DNA of 64,000 nucleotides from Promethearchaeia archaeon (GTDB lineage Archaea > Asgardarchaeota > Lokiarchaeia > Sigyniarchaeales > SOKP01), in the NCBI GenBank assembly GCA_029856145.1, contig JAHQWK010000016.1, forward strand, positions 1-64,000, read 5' to 3'. Below, piece after piece: positions 21,501 through 30,984 of this stretch. Under the pieces are notes generated by a model. It ran no database searches, was not told the origin of the DNA, and saw only the letters and a program-made list of their open reading frames with translations. Position 1 is the stretch's first letter. Each line of letters starts with the position of its first letter. The translations under genes and the position numbers were made by a program.

Positions 21501-22041
21501 TTTCAGCTTCAGTGGCTTCATATTTAGGAATTTTTGACTTTCTTCTTACAAAATCTGCAATTAATACACATAAAGCTGCTGTTGTTCCTCCAGCTGCTCT
21601 AATTGGACCTGCAAAATATAAGGATAAATATTTTCTACCAGAACTATCTTCTCGAATTAAGATCTTAGAGATACCTTCAAGCGGTGCACTCACAACTCCC
21701 ATAGTTTTTATAGCTAGTCCAATTCTTATTGCTCTATCTACTCGGGCCTCTATAGATTCAAAATTTCCAATTTTATTATCTAAAATATCAGCAACTACCT
21801 TGAAGACAAGTTCATCTTCAGTTAAACCTTTCCTTTTTAATGTTCTTATTACTTCTGCAACACCTTTTGGACCTACAAGCTTTTCAACTCTACCAGCTAA
21901 ATCTTTTGCTTGAGGAGACTCTACTTCTAATTCAGGATCAAGTCCTTTCTGACGTGCGTGTTCTGCAATTGAATAGCATTCATCAACTTGTTTTTGAATA
22001 GAATTAAAGTATAATTCCATTGTTTTACTAATATCTGCCAT
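18520..22041 (-). CDS. polC: DNA polymerase D large subunit DP2
   Basis: YFAGPIRAAGGT, AAKRRNCDGDED, C-terminal zinc finger and PIP box QHKLSDFF. Confidence 0.98.
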   Translation of the reverse strand: MADISKTMELYFNSIQKQVDECYSIAEHARQKGLDPELEVESPQAKDLAGRVEKLVGPKGVAEVIRTLKRKGLTEDELVFKVVADILDNKIGNFESIEARVDRAIRIGLAIKTMGVVSAPLEGISKILIREDSSGRKYLSLYFAGPIRAAGGTTAALCVLIADFVRRKSKIPKYEATEAEIGRYVEEVKLYDRRVHLQYPSSNKEIRYAVSHLPIEINGDSTEDEEVSAFRDLPRIETNHIRGGACLVLNDGFLLKAPKLLKIANAMNLEGWNWLAELKKIAQNQEKIEKEKKKVLKEENKIPPNSKYVADIIAGRPVFSHPSRIGGHRIRYGRSRNTGLAAGGIHPATMVILDEFVAIGTQLRIERPGKSTSVCPVDSIEPPIVKLRNGDVIKVSNVIKAKQIFSDIKKILFLGDLLFGYGEFTENNHILIPSGYVEEWWALELEKSIKDIDIIDESLKNLIENPFENIPTAAEAIEISRNYDIPLHPYYLDFWGNITLEELDLLRNALIKNFSESEQRITLKYEKTIKKILEKAFIPHKIKDNELLLSLKRSFIYKKIFNLEDKKPIEIEKDDDVFTYFFKLSSLKIKNKAPYYMGSRMGRPEKSERKSMKGIQALFPLSNVVGNSRLFEKAMGFSARRQNGDDFGSKKKKSFDFGSKNNTVETGKVKIDVCRKKCMNCGKSSIFNICHSCGGHTELQKICSRCKILYPTFEEKCSRCHEPLKTSNEAKFNIRKYVNSALKSLNMLFPPKFKGIIGLTNEYKVPEPIEKGLLRAKNDVLVYKTAEIRYDATDIPLTHFKPKEIDTPIEKLREMGYKKDINGNPLNDENQILELKVQDILLSNDCAKYFIKVANFLDDELELFYKKERFYNVSVREDLLGHLAVGLAPHTSAGIIGRIIGFTSARAIYAHPYWHAAKRRNCDGDEDGVMVLLDPLLNFSRHYLPSKIGGRMDATLVISTKIDPNEIDVEAHNLDTLDKYPLEFYEATERYCTPSEIESLMNLVKSRLGTSGQYENIGYNIPTTNINKGPTTTAYKLYESMDDKIEAQLHLAKLIKAVEAKKVAEKILTTHFNPDILGNLRKFAIQGFRCVKCNEKFRRPPLVNSGKCPKCGNRIILTVNRGGIEKYIPRALKICTDFNLDNYTKQRMELIEEYVESLTNNPKIRQHKLSDFF

Positions 22042-22280
22042 AAAATTCCCTATTTTTAAAGTCGAGAAAAACTAATATATTAAAACTAAGAGTTATTATA
22101 CTAATTTTCTGAATTTAATTAAATTCATTTATTAATCAGCTATTTCTTTTATAAATTTAGGGAGAATGCTAATTTTCTACAGACTCTACTTATAAAAGGA
22201 AATTTGTTTTTCCTTTAATAAAAAATGATTTAATTTCATACTTCAATTAATATAATAATTCCATTGTAAACGGTATAACA

Positions 22281-24074
22281 TTGAAAGACGATAATTTAAA
22301 TGAAAAAGAAGATATTATCAAAGAATTAGTTAATTCTGGGATTAATATAACACCTTCAACTTTGAAAATCCTTCTAAATTTAGATGATCCTTTAAAGAAA
22401 GTTAAATCAGTAATTAAGAATGTTAGCTTTCTTCCGAATTTTAATAGTCATCTAACAGAAGAAATTTTACAGAATATTTCAAACAAAAAATCACAGAAAT
22501 CATTAAAAAATGTGTTAATTAAAAATACGGATTCAATAGCCATTCAAGAGAAAGATTTGAAGCAAGATCTTATAAATGAGATATCCGGTTCATTAAATGC
22601 AGCAGCACTTGAAAAGATAAAGATAAAATCTCACGAAATTTCTGAAAATTTTCCTCAAATAAAGAATAATTTAGCTTTAAATACAGAGGAAACAATTTTA
22701 CACAATAATCATAAAGATTTAACTAAAACTGTAATCAAGCATAAACTCCAGAGAACTTCCTTTGAACGATCGAAATCATCGCTAACCTATCGACCTATTG
22801 CAAAAGAATTAGCGTTTTCTTATGATATATTAAAAGATCCTACAGATAAACTTTATACAAACGGAGATTATGAAGATTTCTATAATCTTACTGTAGATAA
22901 ATTCAATAAACTTCGTACTTTAATAAGAAAAAGACCTGAGGTTCTTTCTGCAAATAATATTAATAATATTCTAAGACTGACGAATAGTGTAGAAGTTTCA
23001 GTAATCGGATTAGTCAATGAAATTCGAAAAACTAAAAAAGGAAACTTTTTCCTAACGTTGGAAGATCTTACCAATAATATTAATGTAATTATCCGTAAAG
23101 ATTCAGAGAATCAAGAAAATGTAAAAATAGCGGAAAGAACTATTAATGATCAAATGGTTTATATTGAAGGAACATACAAACCAGCAGAACAAGGTAAAAG
23201 TGGAATTATTTACGGTAATTATATATCCAAAATTGATATTCCAAGAGATTATGAACCTAATATATCACCAGATCCAATATCTATTGTTTTAATTTCAGAT
23301 ACTCACATCGGTAGTAAAGAATTTGAGGAAAAATTATGGACAAGATTTATAAATTTCTTAAATGGGAAACTAGGAAATAAAAATCAACGAGAACGAGCTG
23401 GAAGAATTAAATATATTATAATTAATGGCGATTTAGTTGACGGTATTGGAGTTTATCCAACACAAAAGAGTGACCTTCTTATAACAGATATACACAATCA
23501 ATTTAAAAAAGCAACAGAAATCCTTTCTGGAGTGCCAGATTATATTAAAATTTTTTACAGCTCTGGAAATCATGAACCAGTGAGAAAGGCAATTCCTAGG
23601 CCTGCGGTGCCAAAGAAATACTCCGCAGAACTTATAGACCTTGGTGTATTATGCATTGGAAATCCCTCACTTGTTCAAACACATAATGTTAACACATTAG
23701 TTTTTCATGGTGATAGCATACTTGATTTAAACATGTTGATACCTGGCCTAGAGAACAACAAGCCAGTAGATACGATGATTGAATTATTAAAATGTAGACA
23801 TTTAGCACCTATCTATGGAAAAAAAACACAAATTGCTCCTACAAATAAAGATTGGCTTGTGATAGATAAGATTCCCGATATATTTCATACAGGTCACATT
23901 CACATTAATGGCATGGATTATTATAATAATATCGCATTAGTTAATTCTGGATGCTTTCAGACTCAGACAGATTTTATGAATTCTTTAGGCATACATCCTA
24001 CTCCAGGTATTCTTTCAATTATCGAACTAGATACTTTAAAAGGAATACAATTAGACTTAAAAAATAATATTTAA
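22281..24074 (+). CDS. polB: DNA polymerase D small subunit DP1 (proofreading exonuclease)
   Basis: OB fold plus calcineurin-like motifs SDTHIGS, GDLVDG, GNHE, HG, HTGHIH. Confidence 0.95.
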   Translation: MKDDNLNEKEDIIKELVNSGINITPSTLKILLNLDDPLKKVKSVIKNVSFLPNFNSHLTEEILQNISNKKSQKSLKNVLIKNTDSIAIQEKDLKQDLINEISGSLNAAALEKIKIKSHEISENFPQIKNNLALNTEETILHNNHKDLTKTVIKHKLQRTSFERSKSSLTYRPIAKELAFSYDILKDPTDKLYTNGDYEDFYNLTVDKFNKLRTLIRKRPEVLSANNINNILRLTNSVEVSVIGLVNEIRKTKKGNFFLTLEDLTNNINVIIRKDSENQENVKIAERTINDQMVYIEGTYKPAEQGKSGIIYGNYISKIDIPRDYEPNISPDPISIVLISDTHIGSKEFEEKLWTRFINFLNGKLGNKNQRERAGRIKYIIINGDLVDGIGVYPTQKSDLLITDIHNQFKKATEILSGVPDYIKIFYSSGNHEPVRKAIPRPAVPKKYSAELIDLGVLCIGNPSLVQTHNVNTLVFHGDSILDLNMLIPGLENNKPVDTMIELLKCRHLAPIYGKKTQIAPTNKDWLVIDKIPDIFHTGHIHINGMDYYNNIALVNSGCFQTQTDFMNSLGIHPTPGILSIIELDTLKGIQLDLKNNI

Positions 24075-24113
24075 TTATTCTTCTTAAATTATAAAAAACC
24101 TAAATCAACTACT

Positions 24114-24794
24114 ATGAATTTTGCAATTCCTCGCATAAATATTTCAGAGATGTTATTATATATTTGGAAAATAATCGATCTCCCTTTTATATTACATAAT
24201 GACTTACTATTTAGAATTTCATTTGATTTATTTCTTGATCCCCCAGAAAAAGCTAAAATCTTTATTAATAGATGCATGGAAGATAAAGTGCTTATTAAAG
24301 ACGATAACCAAAATCTTAAATTATCAGAGGATTTGAATAATCAATTAAAAAATTGGCAAAAAAAAAGAAAAATTGAAGTTGTCGAAAAAATTAAGACTGC
24401 AAATAAAGTTAAAAGCTTAAAAAATGATATATCAAAAGAATTATCTAATTTTAGTGTTTTAATTAATGCTTTCGTCGATAAGGGAACACTAAATAGATCT
24501 GTATCTGTTTCTGATGCGGCATTTGAATTATTGAAATGTGATCGTTCTAAAGGAATTATTAAATCAAAAGTCAAGGGTTCTAAAGAAGAGGCCTATCTAA
24601 TAGAAATAGATACTAATAACAAGATATTACGTCATAATTGTAATGATTTTAAAACAAGAAGAGCTGATAACAAAAAATTTTGTAAACACTTAACAAAACT
24701 ATTCTTGTTATTAAAAGATAAAAATGAGAATATTGCTGAGTTTTTTCTTAGTAAACTTGCTGAAAATATTGATAAATGGGATTTTATTACCTAA
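24114..24794 (+). CDS. Hypothetical protein with C-terminal SWIM-type zinc finger
   Basis: VKGSKEEAYLIEID...HNCNDF...FCKHL. Confidence 0.75.
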   Translation: MNFAIPRINISEMLLYIWKIIDLPFILHNDLLFRISFDLFLDPPEKAKIFINRCMEDKVLIKDDNQNLKLSEDLNNQLKNWQKKRKIEVVEKIKTANKVKSLKNDISKELSNFSVLINAFVDKGTLNRSVSVSDAAFELLKCDRSKGIIKSKVKGSKEEAYLIEIDTNNKILRHNCNDFKTRRADNKKFCKHLTKLFLLLKDKNENIAEFFLSKLAENIDKWDFIT

Positions 24795-26098
24795 ATTAAC
24801 TTTTTAAATATATTATTTTTTAACTTTACTTTATCTGTTTGTAAAAAAACGGGTTTATGATTCATAATACCATTTATTTTTTCAATCTCTGACAAAACCT
24901 TCTCTAATAATTCCAGACCTATATCGAATTTAATTATTTTGGTTCTTCCATAATGTCCCATAGATTTTATTTCTGCAGAGATTATCCCTGCTAGTGATAA
25001 CTCATTAATATAATCACTTATTCTTCTTTTAGTCAATTGTCTGACCCCTGGTATCAACCCTCTGATCTCTGAGTGGACGTCATAGATATCTCCAGATATT
25101 ATTATATGTTCAGGGCTGAATCTTGAAATTAGATAAATTGAAGTTAATATCAATTGTGCTTGAAGTGGCATACCTTTAATATATTCCATGATATGATCAT
25201 TTTCTAAATCTTCTTGAGCCTTTTTTACATGCTTAGTTGAGACAATTTTATTTTGATCTCTCTCAGCTAATTCTCCTGCTTTTCTTAATAATTGTAGTGC
25301 TTTTCGAGCATCACCATGTTCCTTTGCTGCAAGCGCTGCGCATAGTGGAATAACTTCCTCTTTCAAAACACTCTCTTGAAAAGCTATTTTTGCTCTTTCA
25401 ATCAATATATCTCTCAACTCATTTGCATCGTAAGAAGGAAAAACAATGTGTTCCTCGCCTAAACTCGATATTATTCTTGGATCTAAGTTCGCTCGAAATT
25501 TCAATTTATTTGAAATACCTATTAAACTTGTTTTGCAATTATCCAAATTCTCATTTAATCTTGTTAAATCATACAAAATTTCATTACCACCTTTCCTATC
25601 AACTAAAATATCTATCTCATCCAAAACCAAGAAACATATTGAATGTCCAACCTTTAAATCTAATAATCCCAGAAGTTTTTTGAAAATAATATCCTTTGGC
25701 AAACCTGTAGGAGGAATTTTATCCCGTCTTGAAATTGTGTTATAAATATGGGCTAAAATACGATAGGGAGTTGAGATAATATTGCAGTTAATATAAATCC
25801 ACCATGGTTTAATTTCTGAGTTTTGTTGTGCTAACTTTTGGCTAACATATCTTATAGTCGCCGTTTTTCCTGTGCCTGTCATCCCATAACATAGAAAATT
25901 TGGAGGCGTATCACCTAATAATGCACACGCAGTCTTTTCGGCAATATATCTTATTTGAGAATCACGATGTGGTAATTCCTCGGGGATATAAGATGAATCT
26001 AAAGCATCTCTATTACTAAAAATTTTTGACCCCTTAAGATAATTCTTATAAAATTTATCGATATTAAATTGATGTTCATGGTTATTATTATTCAACAA
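24791..26098 (-). CDS. cdc6: Orc1/Cdc6 replication initiator
   Basis: YIPEELPHR, GMTGTGKT, VLDEID, GDARKAL, C-terminal wHTH. Confidence 0.96.
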   Translation of the reverse strand: MLNNNNHEHQFNIDKFYKNYLKGSKIFSNRDALDSSYIPEELPHRDSQIRYIAEKTACALLGDTPPNFLCYGMTGTGKTATIRYVSQKLAQQNSEIKPWWIYINCNIISTPYRILAHIYNTISRRDKIPPTGLPKDIIFKKLLGLLDLKVGHSICFLVLDEIDILVDRKGGNEILYDLTRLNENLDNCKTSLIGISNKLKFRANLDPRIISSLGEEHIVFPSYDANELRDILIERAKIAFQESVLKEEVIPLCAALAAKEHGDARKALQLLRKAGELAERDQNKIVSTKHVKKAQEDLENDHIMEYIKGMPLQAQLILTSIYLISRFSPEHIIISGDIYDVHSEIRGLIPGVRQLTKRRISDYINELSLAGIISAEIKSMGHYGRTKIIKFDIGLELLEKVLSEIEKINGIMNHKPVFLQTDKVKLKNNIFKKLI

Positions 26099-26135
26099 TT
26101 ATGACTCCGCTACTCCATCATTTTTTTATAAATTT

Positions 26136-26187
26136 TTGCACTCGAAATTTTTAATATTCAATTACATAATGAAAATTTCAATTGCAT
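26136..26187. promoter_or_regulatory. Inverted pair of mini-ORB-like motifs upstream of cdc6 (candidate Orc1 sites/oriC)
   Basis: TTGCACTCGAAAT at 26136-26148 and ATGCAATTGAAAT on the minus strand at 26175-26187, next to a very AT-rich tract. Confidence 0.4.
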
Positions 26188-26425
26188 ATTTAAAATTAAT
26201 TATTAATCTTTAATTTAGTAGAAAAATGTTAAAGCTTTAATAGCTAATTTTGATGAATCTTTTTAATAATTTATATTATTATTGTCGGTATTTTAAAAGA
26301 TTATTATTTATGAAGCAATATTTATTAAGATTTTATTAATAACTTTTTCTATTAAAAAAAGTTTAATTTAATTAACTATTTATTTTAATAATGTAAAAAC
26401 ACTCTTATTAAGGAATTATTGACTT

Positions 26426-27196
26426 TTGCCAGCTGAAACTAATCTTTCCGATGCTGAAAAAAACCACAAAAAGATTGCTGTTATCTTAGCAATAATTTTT
26501 GCGTGTTTGATTTTAGGTAGTTTCCTAATAATAACATTTTTATTCAATTGGGCTGATTGGGTTGCTTTATTAATATTTAGCCTTCTAATCATTGTTCCCG
26601 CATACATTTCAAATGCTTCGATGGTGATAACTGGGGGAGGTAAACCAATCGATGGTGGGAAATATTTTCGAGATGGTAGGAGAATATTAGGAGATCATAA
26701 AACATGGAATGGATTAAAAGGGCCGTTATACATTGGAATTCCGATATCTTTTTGCATTTTTCTCCTTTTTAATGGATTATGGGAACCAATAAATGGAATA
26801 ATTGTTGATGCAACTACTCAAGGACAATATGCGCTTTATGATAACATTGGAATTTTCAAATACTATTTTATAGGTGGAGAATTTCCAATTAATTTCCTTG
26901 TTTTAATTATACGAATTGTATTGGCTTCATATGGTGCGGTATTAGGCGATTTAATTGGTTCTTTTTTGAAAAGAAGATTCGATATAAAAAGCGGTGCACC
27001 CTTTTGGATAATAGATCAGCTGGATTTCGCATTAGTAGCATTATTATTTGTTTCTATCCCAGGCTTCATAGCACCAAATCTCTTCCTCTTACCTGATATT
27101 TTTATTATAACTTTTCTAATAATTTTAACTCCTGCAGTAAGTATTATAGCGAACACAGTAGCCTTTGTCATTAATTTAAAAGATGTGCCTTGGTAA
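26426..27196 (+). CDS. carS: CDP-archaeol synthase
   Basis: PAYISNA, PIDGG..F.DGRRILGDHKTW, GDLIGSFLKRR, DQLDF. Confidence 0.93.
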   Translation: MPAETNLSDAEKNHKKIAVILAIIFACLILGSFLIITFLFNWADWVALLIFSLLIIVPAYISNASMVITGGGKPIDGGKYFRDGRRILGDHKTWNGLKGPLYIGIPISFCIFLLFNGLWEPINGIIVDATTQGQYALYDNIGIFKYYFIGGEFPINFLVLIIRIVLASYGAVLGDLIGSFLKRRFDIKSGAPFWIIDQLDFALVALLFVSIPGFIAPNLFLLPDIFIITFLIILTPAVSIIANTVAFVINLKDVPW

Positions 27197-27214
27197 GGAG
27201 GCCCTAATTTGACG

Positions 27215-27715
27215 TCATTCCTTGAATTTACACCTAACTATTAATGGAGCATTTTGGTTTTCAAAAACAACATAATTTTCAAACATTTCGTTTACTGCCC
27301 TTATGTAATCTCCATTACGCCCAATAGCAATCCCTCTTTCTTTAAAAAAGAGAAAATATATTGAAATTTCTCTCTTGCTAGATTGATTATCAAACTCTAT
27401 TTTGATATTTTCTATATTTAAATCAGGAAAAAAACTAAATAATATATTGATTAGAGTTTTTTCAATTCTTATAATTATAATCTTTCTATTACCTAGTTCC
27501 CTTCTCATAGAGTCTAAATACACTTTAGAGCTAAAATAGTGTTGCTTCTTAACGAAAAAGAAGATGAATTGCCTTATAACAACTACAAATTCCGGATAGA
27601 TTCCTTGTGTTTTTTCAAAAAAATACTCACGTAGTTTAAGTTCAAAATTTGTATATTTTTTTTTAAATGATACCAATTGATAAAAAATCAAGTCATCCGC
27701 AATCGTATAAAACAT
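27215..27715 (-). CDS. Divergent NusA-like KH-domain protein
   Basis: RGIAIGRNG KH loop. Confidence 0.55.
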   Translation of the reverse strand: MFYTIADDLIFYQLVSFKKKYTNFELKLREYFFEKTQGIYPEFVVVIRQFIFFFVKKQHYFSSKVYLDSMRRELGNRKIIIIRIEKTLINILFSFFPDLNIENIKIEFDNQSSKREISIYFLFFKERGIAIGRNGDYIRAVNEMFENYVVFENQNAPLIVRCKFKE

Positions 27716-27831
27716 ACTGTATAATTTTTTATTATCAATTTAAACTACTAAGAAATTTATATAATTACTAAAATCTTATATATATCAAGGACTTTTAGAT
27801 GATACAATTCTACTCAATTAGCTAAAGGAAG

Positions 27832-28269
27832 ATGAGGAAAGCAGGTTATAAATTTTTAGATCACACCGCTGATGTTTCAGTCGAAGCTAAAGGTACAACC
27901 TTAGAAGAAGCTTTTGAACAAACCGTTTATAGCTTAATGGAAACAATTACTCCTAGTTTAAGATCAATATCACCTGAAATTGAAAGAATCATAACAATTG
28001 AAGCAGAAGATAAAGAAGCTTTATTATTTGACTTTTTAACAGAATTTCTTTACATTTTTGACGTAGACGAACTAATTTTTAATGAAATAAAAATTCATCC
28101 AATAAAAAAAGATCAAAAAAAATATTATCTAAAGGCCGTTGCAAAAGGAGAAAAGTTTGATAAGCTCAAACATGAACCCGGTACTGAAGTTAAGGCTATA
28201 ACTTATTCTTTTATGAATCTTGAAGAAAAAAAGAATAGAGTTAAAATAAATATTGTATTTGATATTTAA
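27832..28269 (+). CDS. Archease (RtcB cofactor)
   Basis: YKFLDHTADV and EVKAITY signature. Confidence 0.95.
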   Translation: MRKAGYKFLDHTADVSVEAKGTTLEEAFEQTVYSLMETITPSLRSISPEIERIITIEAEDKEALLFDFLTEFLYIFDVDELIFNEIKIHPIKKDQKKYYLKAVAKGEKFDKLKHEPGTEVKAITYSFMNLEEKKNRVKINIVFDI

Positions 28270-28293
28270 ATCAAAATTAATAATCAGATAAAA

Positions 28294-29766
28294 TTATCCC
28301 TTTACTACACCTATTGGAACTAGTCTTACTATTTTTTCAACGATTCCAAGATCTTGGCTGACCTGAACAACTTGATCTATATCTTTATATGCACCAGGGG
28401 CCTCTTCAGCGATTATCTTCATCGAAGCAGCTCGTATCATGATACCTTGTTTACTTAAATTGTCTTTAACTCGCTCTCCCCAATATTTCTTAGTAGCTTT
28501 TGTTCTAGACATTACTCTTCCAGCACCATGCGCTGTAGAACCAAATGATAGATCCATTGCATTCTTTTTACCAACACAGAGATAAGATGCAGAACCCATC
28601 GTTCCTGGGATTAATACAGGTTGTCCTATAGATTTATACTCAGGCGGTAGATCAGGATGATTTGGCGGAAATGCTCTTGTAGCACCTTTTCTATGAACAT
28701 TTAATTTCATTTTTTTACCATCAATTTCATGTTCTTCTATTTTTAAAATATTATGGCAAACTCCATAGATTAAATGTAAACCTAAAGTGTCTATATCCTT
28801 TCTTAAGGTATTCTGAAAGGACTCTCTTAACCAATGCGTAATTAATTGACGGTTGGTAAATCCAAAATTAGCTGCACATGCCATTTGTTTTAGATAGTTC
28901 TGTGCTTCAGGTTTATTTGCTGGAACACATGCTAATTCTCTATCAGGAACTTTTATATTGTATTTTTTCATTGCTTGTTCGATATTGCGCAAAGAATCTG
29001 TACATACTTGATGTCCAAGAGCTCTGCTCCCTGTATGAACCATAACAGTAACTTGATTCTTCTCATGTATTCCTAAAGTTTTAGCAATACTTTGATTATA
29101 AATTTCATTAACTTTTTGTATTTCTAGAAAGTGATTTCCACTTCCCAAAGAACCAAGTTGTTTTATAGCACGTTGTTTTGCTTTTTGTGAAACTAAACTA
29201 GCATCTGCATCCTTTAAACATCCATTTTCTTCTAAATGTTTAAGGTCCTCATCAAAAGCATAATCGTTGTCTACTGCCCATTTCACACCATTATTTAAAA
29301 CTTTATCTAATTCTGAATAGCTTATATTTAGTTTACCTTTCGATCCCAAACCTGAAGGAATATTATCAAAGATTGTATTCAACAGATTAGGAAGCACACT
29401 CTTAATATCTTTAAGAAATAAATTTGATCTTAATAATCTTACACCACAATTAATATCATATCCAACACCCCCGGGAGAAATCATTCCATTCTCTGCGTCT
29501 GTCCCAGCAACACCCCCGATACAAAAACCATATCCCTGATGAGCATCTGAAAGAGCAATAGCATGTTTTTGTATCCCAGGTAAACAGGCAACATTACAAA
29601 TTTGATCTAGAGTCCTATCTTGCTTTATTTTCTCTAAAATATATTCATTAGCATAAATTTTTACGGGGACCCTCATCTGAAATTTTTCGATATTTCCTTT
29701 AACCCGTGTCATTAATGTCTTTGGAGGAATCTCATAGATATTGTCATCAATTTTATTAACATTCAT
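28294..29766 (-). CDS. rtcB: RNA-splicing ligase RtcB
   Basis: DAHQGYGF, GVGYDINCG, GSGNHFLE, HTGSR, HRKGAT, HGAGR. Confidence 0.98.
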   Translation of the reverse strand: MNVNKIDDNIYEIPPKTLMTRVKGNIEKFQMRVPVKIYANEYILEKIKQDRTLDQICNVACLPGIQKHAIALSDAHQGYGFCIGGVAGTDAENGMISPGGVGYDINCGVRLLRSNLFLKDIKSVLPNLLNTIFDNIPSGLGSKGKLNISYSELDKVLNNGVKWAVDNDYAFDEDLKHLEENGCLKDADASLVSQKAKQRAIKQLGSLGSGNHFLEIQKVNEIYNQSIAKTLGIHEKNQVTVMVHTGSRALGHQVCTDSLRNIEQAMKKYNIKVPDRELACVPANKPEAQNYLKQMACAANFGFTNRQLITHWLRESFQNTLRKDIDTLGLHLIYGVCHNILKIEEHEIDGKKMKLNVHRKGATRAFPPNHPDLPPEYKSIGQPVLIPGTMGSASYLCVGKKNAMDLSFGSTAHGAGRVMSRTKATKKYWGERVKDNLSKQGIMIRAASMKIIAEEAPGAYKDIDQVVQVSQDLGIVEKIVRLVPIGVVKG

Positions 29767-29927
29767 ACTAACTTTATAAGTAAAACAGTTTTGAAAAATC
29801 TTTTCCTTTATTCTTATAAAATGTCAAAAATTAATAAAATCAATGAAATAACAAAATTTATGGGGCTTCTTTGAAAATTAAATCGATATCAATTAAAAAA
29901 GAGTTGGTAAAAAAATCAAAAAGAGTC

Positions 29928-30653
29928 TTATTTTATATCGATAAACGAAATTAAACCCAAGTCATCTAAACTTTTCATTATTTTCTGGATCTCTGACTCT
30001 GGCCGGCCTCCTTCCTCAGCGATCTCACCAATCGTATGAAATCCATCCGCTAAATGCGCAATCTTATACTCCTTCTTGTTTACAAATCCCTGTGTAATAA
30101 CTTGCTTGGGAAGCCTCTTCGCTGTCCACTCCGGTTTCTGATCCCGAACCTGACGCAAATCTTCATCCGATAACATTAAACCCTTCTTTGCAATCTGCTT
30201 CTGAGATTTCTGAAAATCTTTCTTAAAAATCTTCAAAATTGGAAGTTTTAATTGGATCTCAGCAAGTTTACCATTTTCTAAAATCTTGTCAATAATTTGG
30301 TCAAAATCTCGGAAGATTCGGACGTCTCCGGACCAATTTTCAATCTGATCGCCATATTTGGCTATAAATTTATCAATGATATCGGTTAGAGCTTTGTGTG
30401 TTATTTTAGCATCGTCATTCTTATCAGCAGCAGCAGTTATTAACACACCCTCTTTAAAAACTAATAATAAATAAAATACCTGCATGTCAATTACTTTCAA
30501 TTCTCCAGATCCCTTCGAAAATTCGACACTGAAATCCTTTAATGCCGTTAGAAAGCCGCTAACTAAATCTTGATTAAATTCAATCCTCCCATACTTCCGA
30601 TGGATTAAGCAAATTCCTGTGTATTGGTGGATAAGGTAAACATTATGTAACAA
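29928..30653 (-). CDS. Longin-like domain plus C-terminal winged helix protein
   Basis: N-terminal VYLIHQYTGICLI...DLVSGFLTAL longin pattern; C-terminal ADGFHTIGEIAEE...LDDLGLISF wHTH. Confidence 0.7.
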   Translation of the reverse strand: MLHNVYLIHQYTGICLIHRKYGRIEFNQDLVSGFLTALKDFSVEFSKGSGELKVIDMQVFYLLLVFKEGVLITAAADKNDDAKITHKALTDIIDKFIAKYGDQIENWSGDVRIFRDFDQIIDKILENGKLAEIQLKLPILKIFKKDFQKSQKQIAKKGLMLSDEDLRQVRDQKPEWTAKRLPKQVITQGFVNKKEYKIAHLADGFHTIGEIAEEGGRPESEIQKIMKSLDDLGLISFIDIK

Positions 30654-30984
30654 GTTTTTACATACCTCAGTTATAATATTTTAATTGTATATTTAATAGA
30701 ATTATACTAATTTAAATTTCTTTATAAGACATTTAGATCATTTTTTTTTTATTATATATTTGAAATTAAATTATTAATTAACTCTTGATTAAATATAGTA
30801 CGCTGCATTTCTATTTTCTAATAAGGAGCGTAAGTTATCACATCAGATTACCTAATGGAACTTCTCTTAAGTAGTCTATAAAAAAGTTAATGTTGATCTA
30901 TTATTATAAAATCGGTTTATGACAAATAAAAATTAAAAAAAAAGGAATTTAGTTAGTAGTTTTTTATATTTCTTTATATTTCAT

